Made by a program: the position numbers and the translations under genes. The notes beneath the pieces are model-generated. The model was not told the origin of the DNA. It saw only the letters and a list, made by a program, of their open reading frames with translations, and did not search any database. 64,000 nt of DNA from the NCBI GenBank assembly GCA_964494345.1, contig CAZBSI010000002.1, positions 113,830 to 177,829 on the forward strand, given 5' to 3'. Positions 19,564 through 29,274 of the stretch are shown in pieces (the stretch's first letter is position 1; each line of letters opens with the position of its first letter). This DNA comes from an uncultured bacterium. Lineage in GTDB: Bacteria > Armatimonadota > UBA5829.

Positions 19564-19640
19564 ACCCACTTTGGCCGCAGGCCGTACGACATGCTAATCA
19601 TATATTGTAAGCCGCAAACCACACCAACGAGATCGCCAAT

Positions 19641-20021
19641 ATGTTAAAGGCAATCCTTGTTTTAGCGGGCGGGGCGTTGGGAGCTCTGACCAGGTATGGC
19701 GTCGCTCACTTCAGCGCGAAAACGCACCCCTCCATCTTCCCGTTCGGCACGCTTTATGTAAATTTGATCGGGTGTTTGTTGATAGGAATAGTGTTTGGAC
19801 TAAACGAACTGCGCGGGGTCAATTATCAATTTCGGCTCTTCTTCACCACCGGATTTTTGGGTGCATTGACCACATTTTCAGCCTACAGCCTGGAGACCAT
19901 CAGCCACGCAAACAACGGAGAGACCTCACTGGCCATAGCCAATATCGCAATAAGCAACATAGGTGGGCTATTGTGTGTGAAACTGGGCTCAATGTTGGCC
20001 AGGTTTATTTGCGCGCATTAA
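19641..20021 (+). CDS. crcB: fluoride ion channel CrcB/Fluc
   Basis: 126 aa with 4 TM helices. GGALGALTRY and GFLGALTTFS motifs are typical of CrcB. Confidence 0.85.
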   Translation: MLKAILVLAGGALGALTRYGVAHFSAKTHPSIFPFGTLYVNLIGCLLIGIVFGLNELRGVNYQFRLFFTTGFLGALTTFSAYSLETISHANNGETSLAIANIAISNIGGLLCVKLGSMLARFICAH

Positions 20022-20066
20022 ATCGCACCTGAATACGGGCTACCACATTGTGTTCCAGCCCGGCTA

Positions 20067-20798
20067 TTAAAGTAATTCAAACCAGGTAGAAGCGTCAAAA
20101 CCAATGGACGCCATAACTGACTCCAGTGTCATAGGCGGAGCCAAACGCAGGCGGAACGCCACCCGATTTGATGGCACGTCATCAATAATAGTAAACTGTG
20201 ATCCGTGCGGTTGCCACGTAAATTTATGCCTCCCCGATTTATCGTGACCTTGCAGGTTGCCGCGTTTATTCCATTGCCATTCATACAACTCCTGGTCATA
20301 GCGCACAGTTTCGGTTTCAAACATAGCGCACTCGCGTAAATCAGCTGACTTCATCAAAACTATTGTGCGGCAATGAGAAAACCGCTGTCGAACTGACGAA
20401 ACCCGTTCACGGTAGATGGACAATACCATCTGCCCAATTTCATCGGGAGGCACACTCCGAACATCACTGACGGCAAAGGAATAATCTAACGAACACCGGC
20501 CAGAAATCAGACGGACCGTTTTCGTTTCGGAAGGTATTTTCTGCTTTACGGTCTTTGCCCCCCAACAACAACATCCCAAGCGGATATCGTCCAAACCAAC
20601 GTTTGAAGGGGCCCACTCGGCGCAAATGGCATTAGCAAACATTTTCTCCCAGTCCGGGCCTTCCAAGCGAGCTTCGCCACGAGTATGGACAAGATAGATA
20701 ATCTGTTTTGCCACAGACAGGACAGTTCCTGAAGGAAACACGCCTAAAGGATATCGCGGCTTTACTTTATCGACATTTCTCAATTTTGGGTCTAGCAT
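20067..20798 (-). CDS. putative Type II restriction endonuclease (partner of adjacent C5-MTase)
   Basis: Its ATG overlaps the MTase stop (ATGCTAG, a 7-nt overlap giving translational coupling). No recognisable housekeeping motif. It has the size (243 aa) and position of an R subunit. This is inference only. Confidence 0.45.
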   Translation of the reverse strand: MLDPKLRNVDKVKPRYPLGVFPSGTVLSVAKQIIYLVHTRGEARLEGPDWEKMFANAICAEWAPSNVGLDDIRLGCCCWGAKTVKQKIPSETKTVRLISGRCSLDYSFAVSDVRSVPPDEIGQMVLSIYRERVSSVRQRFSHCRTIVLMKSADLRECAMFETETVRYDQELYEWQWNKRGNLQGHDKSGRHKFTWQPHGSQFTIIDDVPSNRVAFRLRLAPPMTLESVMASIGFDASTWFELL

Positions 20799-21784
20799 AC
20801 AAATAGACTCCGCAGGCTCGGCAAAGTTTCTACCGATGCGACAGGTTTCAATAGCTGGTCCAAAACCCTTTCAGCCACTGCTTGGATGACCGGCACGGGA
20901 ACAGCGTTGCCAACCTGCTTTCTTATTGTTCCATAGCCGCTAATAATCTTGAAAGAATCAGGAAAGCCCTGCAATCGCAACATTTCACGAGGTGTCAGCC
21001 TGCGCTCACCGTTCACCAGCAGATAGTTGTGGCTTGCACCCGCTCTCAATGCACAACTATAAGGCAAAGCGCTCACATGCCCAGACTTGTTTTCATGCCA
21101 AATGGTGGGCTTGTCTGTGGGTTCACATTGTTTCAATCTTCGTTTTCTGATATACTCAGAGGCATAATACTGCTGTGGGACCGTCGGCTCGAGAATTGTG
21201 CTGAGCGGCGCTATCGGCAGAGGAGACATCGGCCACTCAATTTGTCTGTCACTGCGGAATCCCACTATTACAATTCTCTCCCGCTTTTGTGGCAGACCAA
21301 AATCAAGTGCATTGAGTATTCTATGGGAGTGAGTATACCCGAGCATATCCAAAGTCTCAAGTATTCTACTCAATGTCCTGCCACCGTCGTGACTGGCCAA
21401 ACGTTTTACATTTTCCAAAATGAATGCCGGAGTGCGCTTAGCTTCAAGCACTCGCGCAATATCAAAGAAAAGAGTGCCTCTGGTGTCAGCAAAGCCCTTG
21501 GAGGAGCCAATGATACTAAACGGTTGACAAGGGAATCCTGCCAGCAGAATGTCATGATCAGGAATGTCACACCCATCTACTTGGGTTATATCACCTGCCG
21601 GCCGCATGTTGAAATTAGCTTCATACGCATCTTGAGCATCGGGGTCAATGTCGCTGGCAAATACACATTGTCCTCGAATACCTCGGGTCTTCAGCGCCGC
21701 ATCCATTGCGTAGTGAAATCCGCCAATACCACAAAACAGGTCAATGAACCGCACGGCCATTCGCCTCCTATTCGTATATGGCAA
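20792..21784 (-). CDS. DNA (cytosine-5)-methyltransferase
   Basis: Motif I FIDLFCGIGGF, motif IV GFPCQPFS, and ENV (FILENVKRL). Confidence 0.9.
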   Translation of the reverse strand: MPYTNRRRMAVRFIDLFCGIGGFHYAMDAALKTRGIRGQCVFASDIDPDAQDAYEANFNMRPAGDITQVDGCDIPDHDILLAGFPCQPFSIIGSSKGFADTRGTLFFDIARVLEAKRTPAFILENVKRLASHDGGRTLSRILETLDMLGYTHSHRILNALDFGLPQKRERIVIVGFRSDRQIEWPMSPLPIAPLSTILEPTVPQQYYASEYIRKRRLKQCEPTDKPTIWHENKSGHVSALPYSCALRAGASHNYLLVNGERRLTPREMLRLQGFPDSFKIISGYGTIRKQVGNAVPVPVIQAVAERVLDQLLKPVASVETLPSLRSLFVC

Positions 21785-21856
21785 TGAATTTACTGCATTA
21801 TACTATTGATGGGGCAAAGACCGCAATGAAGTCTTTTGGGCCGTTTTTGAGTAATT

Positions 21857-22270
21857 ATGAGTGACGTCTATAGCAAAAACAAAAGAAGCTCAGTTATGAA
21901 ATCCGTGAAATCCGGCGACACCAAACCAGAGTTACTCTTGCGTGGGATACTACACCGTTGCGGTTTGCGGTACAGGCTTCATCGCCGTGACCTCCCTGGT
22001 ACGCCAGATATCGTGCTGCCCGGGTTTTCAACGACAATATTCGTGCATGGCTGCTTCTGGCATCAGCACCCTAATTGCAAGCACGCAGTTCGGCCAGCAA
22101 GCAATGTTGATTACTGGAATGCTAAACTTGATGGTAACATAGAACGTGACCGAATTAACGTTCGGACGCTACTTGAGGCCGGCTGGAATGTGCTCATAGT
22201 GTGGGAGTGCGAAATGCGCGATATACCTGCGGTACTGGAGCGGATTTTGGATCACCTTATAGAAAAGTAA
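21857..22270 (+). CDS. vsr: very short patch repair endonuclease Vsr
   Basis: SKNKRSSVMKSVKSGDTKPELLLRGILHRCGLRYRLHRRDLPGTPDIVLPGFSTTIFVHGCFWHQH is a near-canonical Vsr sequence. Confidence 0.9.
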   Translation: MSDVYSKNKRSSVMKSVKSGDTKPELLLRGILHRCGLRYRLHRRDLPGTPDIVLPGFSTTIFVHGCFWHQHPNCKHAVRPASNVDYWNAKLDGNIERDRINVRTLLEAGWNVLIVWECEMRDIPAVLERILDHLIEK

Positions 22271-22423
22271 CTGCGTGCGCAATGACAAACCTCACCGACT
22301 AAGCATTCTTCGGAGTCAGCTCTTAATCCATTGGCAAGGGTTGCTGGTTGTTGTATAGTATATGGTGGCTGGCAGCAGCCTGGAAATTCATCAATTTGCA
22401 TATGGGGAGATATTTCGGTGAGC

Positions 22424-23827
22424 ATGACACTTGCTGATTACGTTATAAAAGATATAAGCCTGGCGGAGTTTGGTCGTAAGGAGATCGCGATTGCCGAAAA
22501 AGAGATGCCGGGGCTGATGGCGACGCGGGAGAAATACGGCCCGAAAAAGCCTCTTGCCGGGGCGAGGGTCGTCGGGTCTCTGCATATGACCATCCAGACC
22601 GCTGTGCTCATCGAGACGCTCGTCGAACTCGGCGCCGATGTGCGCTGGGCAAGCTGCAATATATTTTCCACCCAGGACCACGCCGCAGCGGCTATCGCGG
22701 ATCGCGGAATCCCTGTGTTCGCATATAAAGGGGAGAGCCTGGAGGAGTATTGGGAGTTCACCAAAAAGGCTATGATCTGGCCGGATGGCGAGGGGCCGAC
22801 GCTGATCGTAGACGACGGCGGGGACGCGACCCTGATGATCCACAGAGGCTATAGTGCGGAAAATGATTCGGCGATAATAGACGAACCTACCGACAACAAA
22901 GAACTCGCCCTGCTAAACGACGTGATCCGCAAGTCGATCGCAGAAGACCCGACGTTTTTCCACAGAGTGGTAAAAAACCTGCGGGGCGTCTCTGAGGAGA
23001 CTACCACCGGGGTGCATCGCCTCTATCAGATGCTCGAAAAAGGGGAGCTCCTGTTTCCGGCAATCAACGTAAACGACTCCGTAACCAAGAGCAAATTCGA
23101 TAACATCTACGGCTGCCGGGAGTCGCTGGTGGACGGCATCAAACGGGCGACGGACGTGATGATATCAGGCAAAATAGCGCTGGTCTGCGGATATGGCGAC
23201 GTGGGCAAAGGCTCGGCGGAATCTCTTGCGGGGCAGCGGGCGCGCGTGTGGGTAACTGAGATCGACCCGATTTGCGCGCTGCAGGCTTGTATGGCAGGCT
23301 ATACGGTTACAACAGTCGAGGATGCCCTGCCCTATGCCGATATCTATGTGACTGCGACCGGCAACTGCAACGTCATCACCGCAGAGCATATGTCCAGGAT
23401 GAAGGATCAGGCCATCGTCTGCAACATCGGCCATTTCGATAACGAAATAGAAGTCGATCAACTGAAGGCGTGGCCGGGGATTAAGCATACGAATATCAAA
23501 CCGCAGGTCGATGCGTTCACGTTCCCGGATGGGCACACGATTTACCTGCTGGCGGAAGGCCGCCTGATAAACCTCGGCTGTGCGACCGGGCACCCGAGCT
23601 TCGTTATGTCGAACTCGTTTACCAACCAGACTCTGGCGCAGATGGACCTATGGCAGAACAAGTATGAAATCGGCGTCTATGTGCTGGACAAGAAGCTCGA
23701 CGAAGAAGTCGCGCGGCTGCATCTAAGCAAGCTGGGAGCGAAGCTGACGACGATGACCCAACGGCAGTCGGATTATATCGGCGTGCCGAAGGAAGGGCCT
23801 TTCAAGTCGGAGCACTATCGCTACTAA
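22424..23827 (+). CDS. ahcY: adenosylhomocysteinase (S-adenosyl-L-homocysteine hydrolase)
   Basis: Full-length AhcY homology. NAD-binding GYGDVGKG. Start at ATG 22424 ([21 protein letters not shown]), which has GGGGAGA upstream. Confidence 0.9.
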   Translation: MTLADYVIKDISLAEFGRKEIAIAEKEMPGLMATREKYGPKKPLAGARVVGSLHMTIQTAVLIETLVELGADVRWASCNIFSTQDHAAAAIADRGIPVFAYKGESLEEYWEFTKKAMIWPDGEGPTLIVDDGGDATLMIHRGYSAENDSAIIDEPTDNKELALLNDVIRKSIAEDPTFFHRVVKNLRGVSEETTTGVHRLYQMLEKGELLFPAINVNDSVTKSKFDNIYGCRESLVDGIKRATDVMISGKIALVCGYGDVGKGSAESLAGQRARVWVTEIDPICALQACMAGYTVTTVEDALPYADIYVTATGNCNVITAEHMSRMKDQAIVCNIGHFDNEIEVDQLKAWPGIKHTNIKPQVDAFTFPDGHTIYLLAEGRLINLGCATGHPSFVMSNSFTNQTLAQMDLWQNKYEIGVYVLDKKLDEEVARLHLSKLGAKLTTMTQRQSDYIGVPKEGPFKSEHYRY

Positions 23828-23828
23828 G

Positions 23829-24890
23829 CTAGACCTTGTTCTGGCCGTTGTTGTTGCGACGGACCGGGTCGACTATAACGCCATCGAAGACCGCTGCGCT
23901 GGATTTGACGCTGCAGTGGTCTCCGACCACGCATCGCTCGATTATGGTGTTGCGCATCACACATGCGCCTTCCCATAGTATGCTCTGCTTGACCACTGAG
24001 CCCATTTCGAGCACGCAGTTATCTGCAAGCACGCTGTATTCAAGCAGCCTGGCGCCTTTTTCGATTCGGCAGTTATTGCCTATGACCACGGGGTAGCCGA
24101 TCTCGGCGCTGGGGTCGATTTCGACGTTCTCCCCCATCCAGACGTATTTTCGCTCTTCGGGCACGGGGATATTGAAGTCACATCGCCCATTGAGTGCGTC
24201 GCGATGCGCTTCCTGATACTGTTTAAGGTTACCCACGTCTTTCCAATAGCTGGATGTTAGATAACCGAAGAATCGCGCGCGCTGTTCGAGCAGCATCGGG
24301 AAGAGGTTGTGGCCGAAGCCGTATGGGGTGCCCTTGGGGATCAGGTCAAGGACGTCTCGATTGAAGACATAGACCCCGGTGTTGGCCGAGTTGCTGAATA
24401 TGACCTCCCCTTTCGGCTTTTCGAGGAACCTGGTGATCTTGCCGCGCTCGTTTAACAGGGCGATACCGTATTCGGAGGGGTCGTCGACTAACGACAGGCT
24501 GATGGTGGCGATGGCTTTCTTGTCCTGATGATACCGAACCATTCGCTTCAGGTCCATATCCGCCAGATCGTCGCCGCCGACCACCAGGAATGAGTCCTCG
24601 TCAAAAAAGTCCTCGCAGCGCTTTACACTGCCCGCATCCCCCCAGAGCTTATCCTCCGGAGAGTATTGGATCTTGACGCCCCACTTCCTGCCGTCACCGA
24701 AATATTCCTGAATCTGCTCGCCAAGATAATGGAGATTGACCATTATATCTTTGAAGCCGTTTCGGGCGAGAACCTCGACGATGTGTTCCATAACGGGCTT
24801 GTTTACGACCGGCACCATCGGTTTCGGCACGTTTCTAGTTAAAGGATCGAGCCGGGAACCGACCCCGGCGGCCAGGATCATAGCCTTCAT
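23829..24890 (-). CDS. sugar-1-phosphate nucleotidyltransferase with C-terminal left-handed beta-helix (mannose-1-P guanylyltransferase-like)
   Basis: N-terminal MKAMILAAGVGSRLDPLT NTP-transferase motif, with a C-terminal hexapeptide-repeat region. Confidence 0.75.
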   Translation of the reverse strand: MKAMILAAGVGSRLDPLTRNVPKPMVPVVNKPVMEHIVEVLARNGFKDIMVNLHYLGEQIQEYFGDGRKWGVKIQYSPEDKLWGDAGSVKRCEDFFDEDSFLVVGGDDLADMDLKRMVRYHQDKKAIATISLSLVDDPSEYGIALLNERGKITRFLEKPKGEVIFSNSANTGVYVFNRDVLDLIPKGTPYGFGHNLFPMLLEQRARFFGYLTSSYWKDVGNLKQYQEAHRDALNGRCDFNIPVPEERKYVWMGENVEIDPSAEIGYPVVIGNNCRIEKGARLLEYSVLADNCVLEMGSVVKQSILWEGACVMRNTIIERCVVGDHCSVKSSAAVFDGVIVDPVRRNNNGQNKV

Positions 24891-24926
24891 ATCAGATACA
24901 CCTCGCCTTTGATACGCTCTAGCTTG

Positions 24927-26051
24927 TTATTCCAGTTCCTGCACCGACTCCCTGACCGCGCCGATGACCTTGTTGACCTCGTTATCGGTTAATTCCGGGA
25001 ACATCGGCAAGCACAGCACCTCGGCTGCGGCTTTCTCGGCGTGGGGGAAATCCCCGTGCTTGTAGCCCAAAGTTAGATACGCGCGTTCCAGGTGCAGCGG
25101 ACTGGGATAAAACACCTTCGAGCCGACACCGCGCTTCGCCAGCTTCACAGCCAACTCGTCGCGCTGTTCGCATCGGATTGTGAACTGGTGATATATGTGA
25201 TAATTCTCGGTTCTTGACACGGGTAACTGGAGAGGCAGGTCGTTAAGAGCATCTATGTAGCGGTCGGCGATGGCTCGGCGGGCCTCGTTCCATTTTTGAA
25301 CGTGTCCAAGCTTGACCCTGAGCACCGCCGCCTGGAACTCGTCAAGCCGGGAACAGTAGCCGACGTGTTCGTAAGCATATGTCGAATCGACGCCAATATC
25401 TCCCTGGCCGTGGAATCTCAGCGACCGTGCGCGTTTGCAGACATCTTCACAATTCGTGAGAACCATCCCGCCGTCGCCGCAACCGCCGAGGTTTTTTGTG
25501 GGATAAAAGCTGAGCGTCGAGGCGTCGCCGTAGCACCCTATTCCAAGTCCGTGATGCTGCGAGCCTATAGCCTGGGCGCCGTCGTAGATTACCTTTAGGC
25601 CGTGCTTATCTGCGATTTGCGCAAGAGCGGTGGCATCGGCACACTGACCATACAGATGAACCGGCAGAATGGCCTTTGTCTTTGGTGTAATTTTGCTTTC
25701 TATGAGAGAAACATCAAGGTTAAAGTCAGACGGATCTATGTCGACGTATACCGGTTTGGCTCCCACGATCATAATGGCCTCTGTGGTTGCCACGAATGTG
25801 AACGGAGTGGTGACTACCTCATCGCCAGGCCCCACCTGCGCCGCAGCTAATGCTATAACAAGCGCGTCCGTGCCGGAGTTTACCGCAACGCCGTATTCGG
25901 AACCGCAAAACTGAGATATCTCCAATTCCAGGAGCGCACCATTAGGGCCAAGCACGAAGGCGCCGGAATCGAGAACGGACTGGACAGCATGCGCCAGTTC
26001 GTCCTTCAGGGCAAGATTTTGGGCTTTGGGGTTCACTACCGGTATAGCCAA
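24927..26051 (-). CDS. DegT/DnrJ/EryC1/StrS family sugar aminotransferase
   Basis: PLP-dependent fold-type I. SGTDALVIAL and the SFYPTKNLGGCGDGG lysine motif. Confidence 0.85.
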   Translation of the reverse strand: MAIPVVNPKAQNLALKDELAHAVQSVLDSGAFVLGPNGALLELEISQFCGSEYGVAVNSGTDALVIALAAAQVGPGDEVVTTPFTFVATTEAIMIVGAKPVYVDIDPSDFNLDVSLIESKITPKTKAILPVHLYGQCADATALAQIADKHGLKVIYDGAQAIGSQHHGLGIGCYGDASTLSFYPTKNLGGCGDGGMVLTNCEDVCKRARSLRFHGQGDIGVDSTYAYEHVGYCSRLDEFQAAVLRVKLGHVQKWNEARRAIADRYIDALNDLPLQLPVSRTENYHIYHQFTIRCEQRDELAVKLAKRGVGSKVFYPSPLHLERAYLTLGYKHGDFPHAEKAAAEVLCLPMFPELTDNEVNKVIGAVRESVQELE

Positions 26052-26194
26052 CGCTGATTCACTCCTTTGATGTTACAATTCTCCCGCAGTATTATCCCGT
26101 GTAGTGACTTTTGTGTCAAATGCACAGGTGGAGATCAGCCCATCGGTCACGCTCGGCCGCCCGCAGATGGGTGGTGATCTCCGAATCACCACCC

Positions 26195-26345
26195 CACAAC
26201 CCGTCACTCGTCATTTCAAACGCCTTTCACTCGTCATTTCAAGCGCCCCCTTCGTCATTTCGAGCGCCCCCCTTCGTCATTTCGAGCGCAGCGAGAAATC
26301 TGCTTTTTCCGATGCCATATATCCGAACTTCGAAGCCCGACCTCA
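26195..26345 (-). repeat. copy of dispersed modular repeat (reverse orientation): core plus ~4 tandem ~21-nt units
   Basis: Reverse complement reads GGATATATGGCATCGGAAAAAGCAGATTTCTCGCTGCGCTCGAAATGACGAAGGGGGGCGCTCGAAATGACGAAGGGGGCGCTTGAAATGACGAGTGAAAGGCGTTTGAAATGACGAGTGACGG. Confidence 0.85.
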
Positions 26346-26347
26346 GA

Positions 26348-28045
26348 TTACTTAAGCCCATCTATCGCTCTTCCGACATTCGCCCTGATCGCTTCTATTT
26401 TCTTGACGTCCGTGCAGAAATCAGTCAGCGATGGCACGCACTCGTTGACCTGACGCAACGCGTCGACTGCGGCGGAGTAAGCCGGGGTCTTTTTCTTAGC
26501 GTCGGAGGCGGCGTCGATTTTGTCCTGGAGTATTCGGAAGTAATCCCAGTCCTCGATGCCTTCGCGCACTAATTCCCATCTGATGGAATCCACCGGGCCT
26601 TTATCGACGAACTTCTCAGACGGCAGCCGCGACGCCGGATACAGCAGTTGGCCATCGCCATTGCCCCAGTTGTGGGTCCTCTCCGGCGGCTGGCTCATCG
26701 CAACCTGCCACGGGTTGTCCTGCCAATACATCGTATTCCAATACAGAATGCCGTTGACTCCGTATTTCCATGTCTGCCAGTGGAACATACGCATCTGTGC
26801 AGCGGGGTAGTCGATGAAATAGCCATTGGCATAAGGCGCGCGCGGCTCACAGCACAAATACCACCAAAGCTCCTCGCCTTTAGCCTGTCGCGCCTTGCTG
26901 GGCTCTTCGACATAATGATGTACTATCGGCACCCATATATCAACAGATCCTATGAGCTTGTCCTCTACGCGCTTGGTCAGAAGAATCTTAATTCGACCAT
27001 CCGCCATGCGTATGTCTTTGGCAGCTTCCACGATGCTGTCGTAGACGTCCGGCTGAGGCTCGTCTGTTATATAGACATAACCTTTCGACAGAACACCCTT
27101 GTTGATCAAATGCTCCGCTACCTGGCGCATATAATCGATTTTGAGACGCTGGCTGTCCGCGCCCTTTCCGAAACCGAGATCATCGTGCATCCACGACCTC
27201 GGCAGCATGAAGCTGTTAAAATATGGGAAATACTTCTGAATAGCCACGTCGAAGTCTTTGAAATCGACCTTAACCTCGCCGTTTTCCCTCTCGATTTTAA
27301 GATCATATCCGGCGTAAGGCTGATAAGGCGAGACTCTATGCTTGCGGAAATTGAGATTATACAAATCGACCAGCTTGCGCTGCTGTTCGATGGTGGCGGC
27401 GCCCTGGTAGTTGAACACTTTGTGCATAGTGTTGCCGTAGGCAGTGCGCAGGCGGCTCACCGACGGCAGCGTGAAGTTCCATACTCGCAGATGAACCGGC
27501 ACCGCGATCGTGCCGATACTCGGCGCGATTACGTCAATGGTTCCCTTATATTCCCCCGCAGGCGTATTTCTGGGCACATAAACCGTCACCCACGCTGAGG
27601 TATTGCGATTCTCGATCGCGTTATATGGGAAGTGATCCGGCAACGGGTCCGGATACAGCCCCGGCTCTATGCCTTCGTTGGTCGGGGTGGAGCAGTTGAC
27701 ATACTCCACATTTTTGACCGTAATGCTCCACGCCGGCACCTTTCCCCCCTTTGGGCCGGTGAGGGTGCGCGGTATAACTTTGACGTTGCCGATGCGTGAT
27801 TTTGTGGTCAGTACTATCTGAAACGGCTCATATTCGTTGTTTGCCGCATATAGCTGTACACTTTTGGCCTTATTGGCCGGCACGGGTGTGTTCGGCAAAA
27901 TCTTCTGATTAGGGCTTGCTGTCCAGGCTGTGCCCCATTTGCCCTCGGCTACTACCCCCCAAGCCGACGCGGCCTGAGACTGCGCATAGGCACAGGTTGT
28001 GGAAATCAGGAAAAACAAGATTGGAATCGACAGGATGTATCGCAT
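26348..28045 (-). CDS. secreted hypothetical protein, possibly DUF4091-type glycoside-hydrolase-like
   Basis: Signal peptide MRYILSIPILFFLISTTCAYA, with start at ATG 28045 and GGAGGTG upstream. Size ~566 aa. Only weak similarity to DUF4091-family N-terminal regions recalled. Confidence 0.45.
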   Translation of the reverse strand: MRYILSIPILFFLISTTCAYAQSQAASAWGVVAEGKWGTAWTASPNQKILPNTPVPANKAKSVQLYAANNEYEPFQIVLTTKSRIGNVKVIPRTLTGPKGGKVPAWSITVKNVEYVNCSTPTNEGIEPGLYPDPLPDHFPYNAIENRNTSAWVTVYVPRNTPAGEYKGTIDVIAPSIGTIAVPVHLRVWNFTLPSVSRLRTAYGNTMHKVFNYQGAATIEQQRKLVDLYNLNFRKHRVSPYQPYAGYDLKIERENGEVKVDFKDFDVAIQKYFPYFNSFMLPRSWMHDDLGFGKGADSQRLKIDYMRQVAEHLINKGVLSKGYVYITDEPQPDVYDSIVEAAKDIRMADGRIKILLTKRVEDKLIGSVDIWVPIVHHYVEEPSKARQAKGEELWWYLCCEPRAPYANGYFIDYPAAQMRMFHWQTWKYGVNGILYWNTMYWQDNPWQVAMSQPPERTHNWGNGDGQLLYPASRLPSEKFVDKGPVDSIRWELVREGIEDWDYFRILQDKIDAASDAKKKTPAYSAAVDALRQVNECVPSLTDFCTDVKKIEAIRANVGRAIDGLK

Positions 28046-28272
28046 ATAAACACCTCCGATGACGAATCGCATCCGCGTAAGCATTATATCATTCTTTCTC
28101 ACAATCGTGACTGATTGATGGGCTATGAGGGTATAATGCAATCGGCAGACGATTTTGAGACGTGAAATGATGTGCCGTATCTTGCGTCTAATATAATAGC
28201 GACCAGGCAATTGTCGCGAATGTTGGTTGCGACCGGCCAGCGCTGAGGTTAAACAGGAGGAGGGCTTTTACA

Positions 28273-29037
28273 ATGAGAGAATTGCGTTTGCGACCGCTGT
28301 GTTATGTGATAATGGCTGCAGTGCTGACGATCTCGATCGGATTGCCGATCCTGGCGGCTGATGCCGCGCAGACTAATGTGAACCTTGACCTGAAAGATAC
28401 TGATGTCAAGGCGGCCATAGAGGCCCTTTTTCGAGGCACGGGAAGGAACTACTCCATAGATTCCAATGTCTCGGGCATCGTTTCGGCGCTGTCTATTAAG
28501 GATGTTCCGTTCGAAACTGCGCTCAGGAGTCTTACGAAATCGGCCGGGTTGGTATATCGACAGGACGGCGGAGTATATCTTATCAGCGTTAAGCCAGATA
28601 CCTCAAATCTCGTCGCTGCGTCTATGCCGATATCAGAACTGCCGTCGGTGGATGCTACTACCGATGAGCCTGAGATTAAAATAGAAAAGATTCCGCTGAA
28701 TAACGTCAGCGCCAACGAGATATTGTCGATTCTCGGCGGTACGGATTCCAATAGAGCCTACGGCGGCTACGGTATGGGCGGCTGGAATTATGGCATGGGA
28801 ATGGGCGGTCGTTATGGCGGCTCTGGCGGATACGGTAGTTACGGCGGCAATTACGGTGGCAACTATGGCGGTTATGGTAACTACGGCAGCTACGGAAACC
28901 GCAGCTATGGCGGCAACTTTGGTGGTTATGGCAGCAACTACGGCGGTTATGGCAGCAACTATGGCGGCTACAACAACCGTTCGTCAGGTTACGGTGGGTC
29001 TTACGGTGGATCTTATGGCGGCTACCGAGGTTGGTAG
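28273..29037 (+). CDS. secreted protein with secretin-N/STN-like domain and C-terminal Gly/Tyr-rich low-complexity tail
   Basis: N-terminal signal/anchor. Residues ~35-105 (NVNLDLKDTDVKAAIEALF...GLVYRQDGGVYLI) resemble the secretin/TonB short N-terminal domain. The C-terminal ~95 aa is almost pure G/Y/S/N (GGYGSYGGNYGGNYGGYGNYGSYG...). Confidence 0.55.
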   Translation: MRELRLRPLCYVIMAAVLTISIGLPILAADAAQTNVNLDLKDTDVKAAIEALFRGTGRNYSIDSNVSGIVSALSIKDVPFETALRSLTKSAGLVYRQDGGVYLISVKPDTSNLVAASMPISELPSVDATTDEPEIKIEKIPLNNVSANEILSILGGTDSNRAYGGYGMGGWNYGMGMGGRYGGSGGYGSYGGNYGGNYGGYGNYGSYGNRSYGGNFGGYGSNYGGYGSNYGGYNNRSSGYGGSYGGSYGGYRGW

Positions 29038-29046
29038 ATGAGTTTG

Positions 29047-29087
29047 TGGTGGTCGGATAATACCGGCCACCATTGTTTTGTGTGTCC
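29047..29087 (+). terminator. Rho-independent terminator
   Basis: GGTGGTCGG-ataatac-CCGGCCACC hairpin (9 bp with one G-U pair) followed by ATTGTTTTGTGTGT. Confidence 0.7.
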
Positions 29088-29144
29088 TTAGCATCCGCGT
29101 TTTCTCTTCTTTAATTTCTAACCTTTAAATCTTCGCTCCTCTGC

Positions 29145-29172
29145 TTGCAGCTTCTACTAGCGCTGCTATAAT
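29145..29172 (+). promoter_or_regulatory. sigma70-like promoter upstream of C39-like peptidase gene
   Basis: TTGCAG (29145-29150), 16-nt spacer, TATAAT (29167-29172). Confidence 0.55.
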
Positions 29173-29274
29173 GAAATTCAAAGTGGCACATTTTGTGCAT
29201 CCAGACAGTTAGGTCAACTCGTCGTTTCCCTTGCGGCCACAAAACACTAAATCCATCGCAAACGGAGTAACAAG

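Noticed and set aside
19564-19640. Fluoride riboswitch upstream of crcB
   Set aside because: The conserved crcB-motif elements (GGnGAUGG, AACCGCC pseudoknot partner) are not found by eye.
22271-22423. SAH riboswitch upstream of ahcY
   Set aside because: The leader lacks the conserved GCCGAGGAGCGCUGC / CAGGCUCGG elements of the SAH element.
28115-28137. TTGATG ... TATAAT as a -35/-10 pair for the STN/GY-rich gene
   Set aside because: The spacer is only 11 nt. The -10 TATAAT (28132-28137) is real sequence, but no well-spaced -35 was found, so it is not annotated as a promoter feature.
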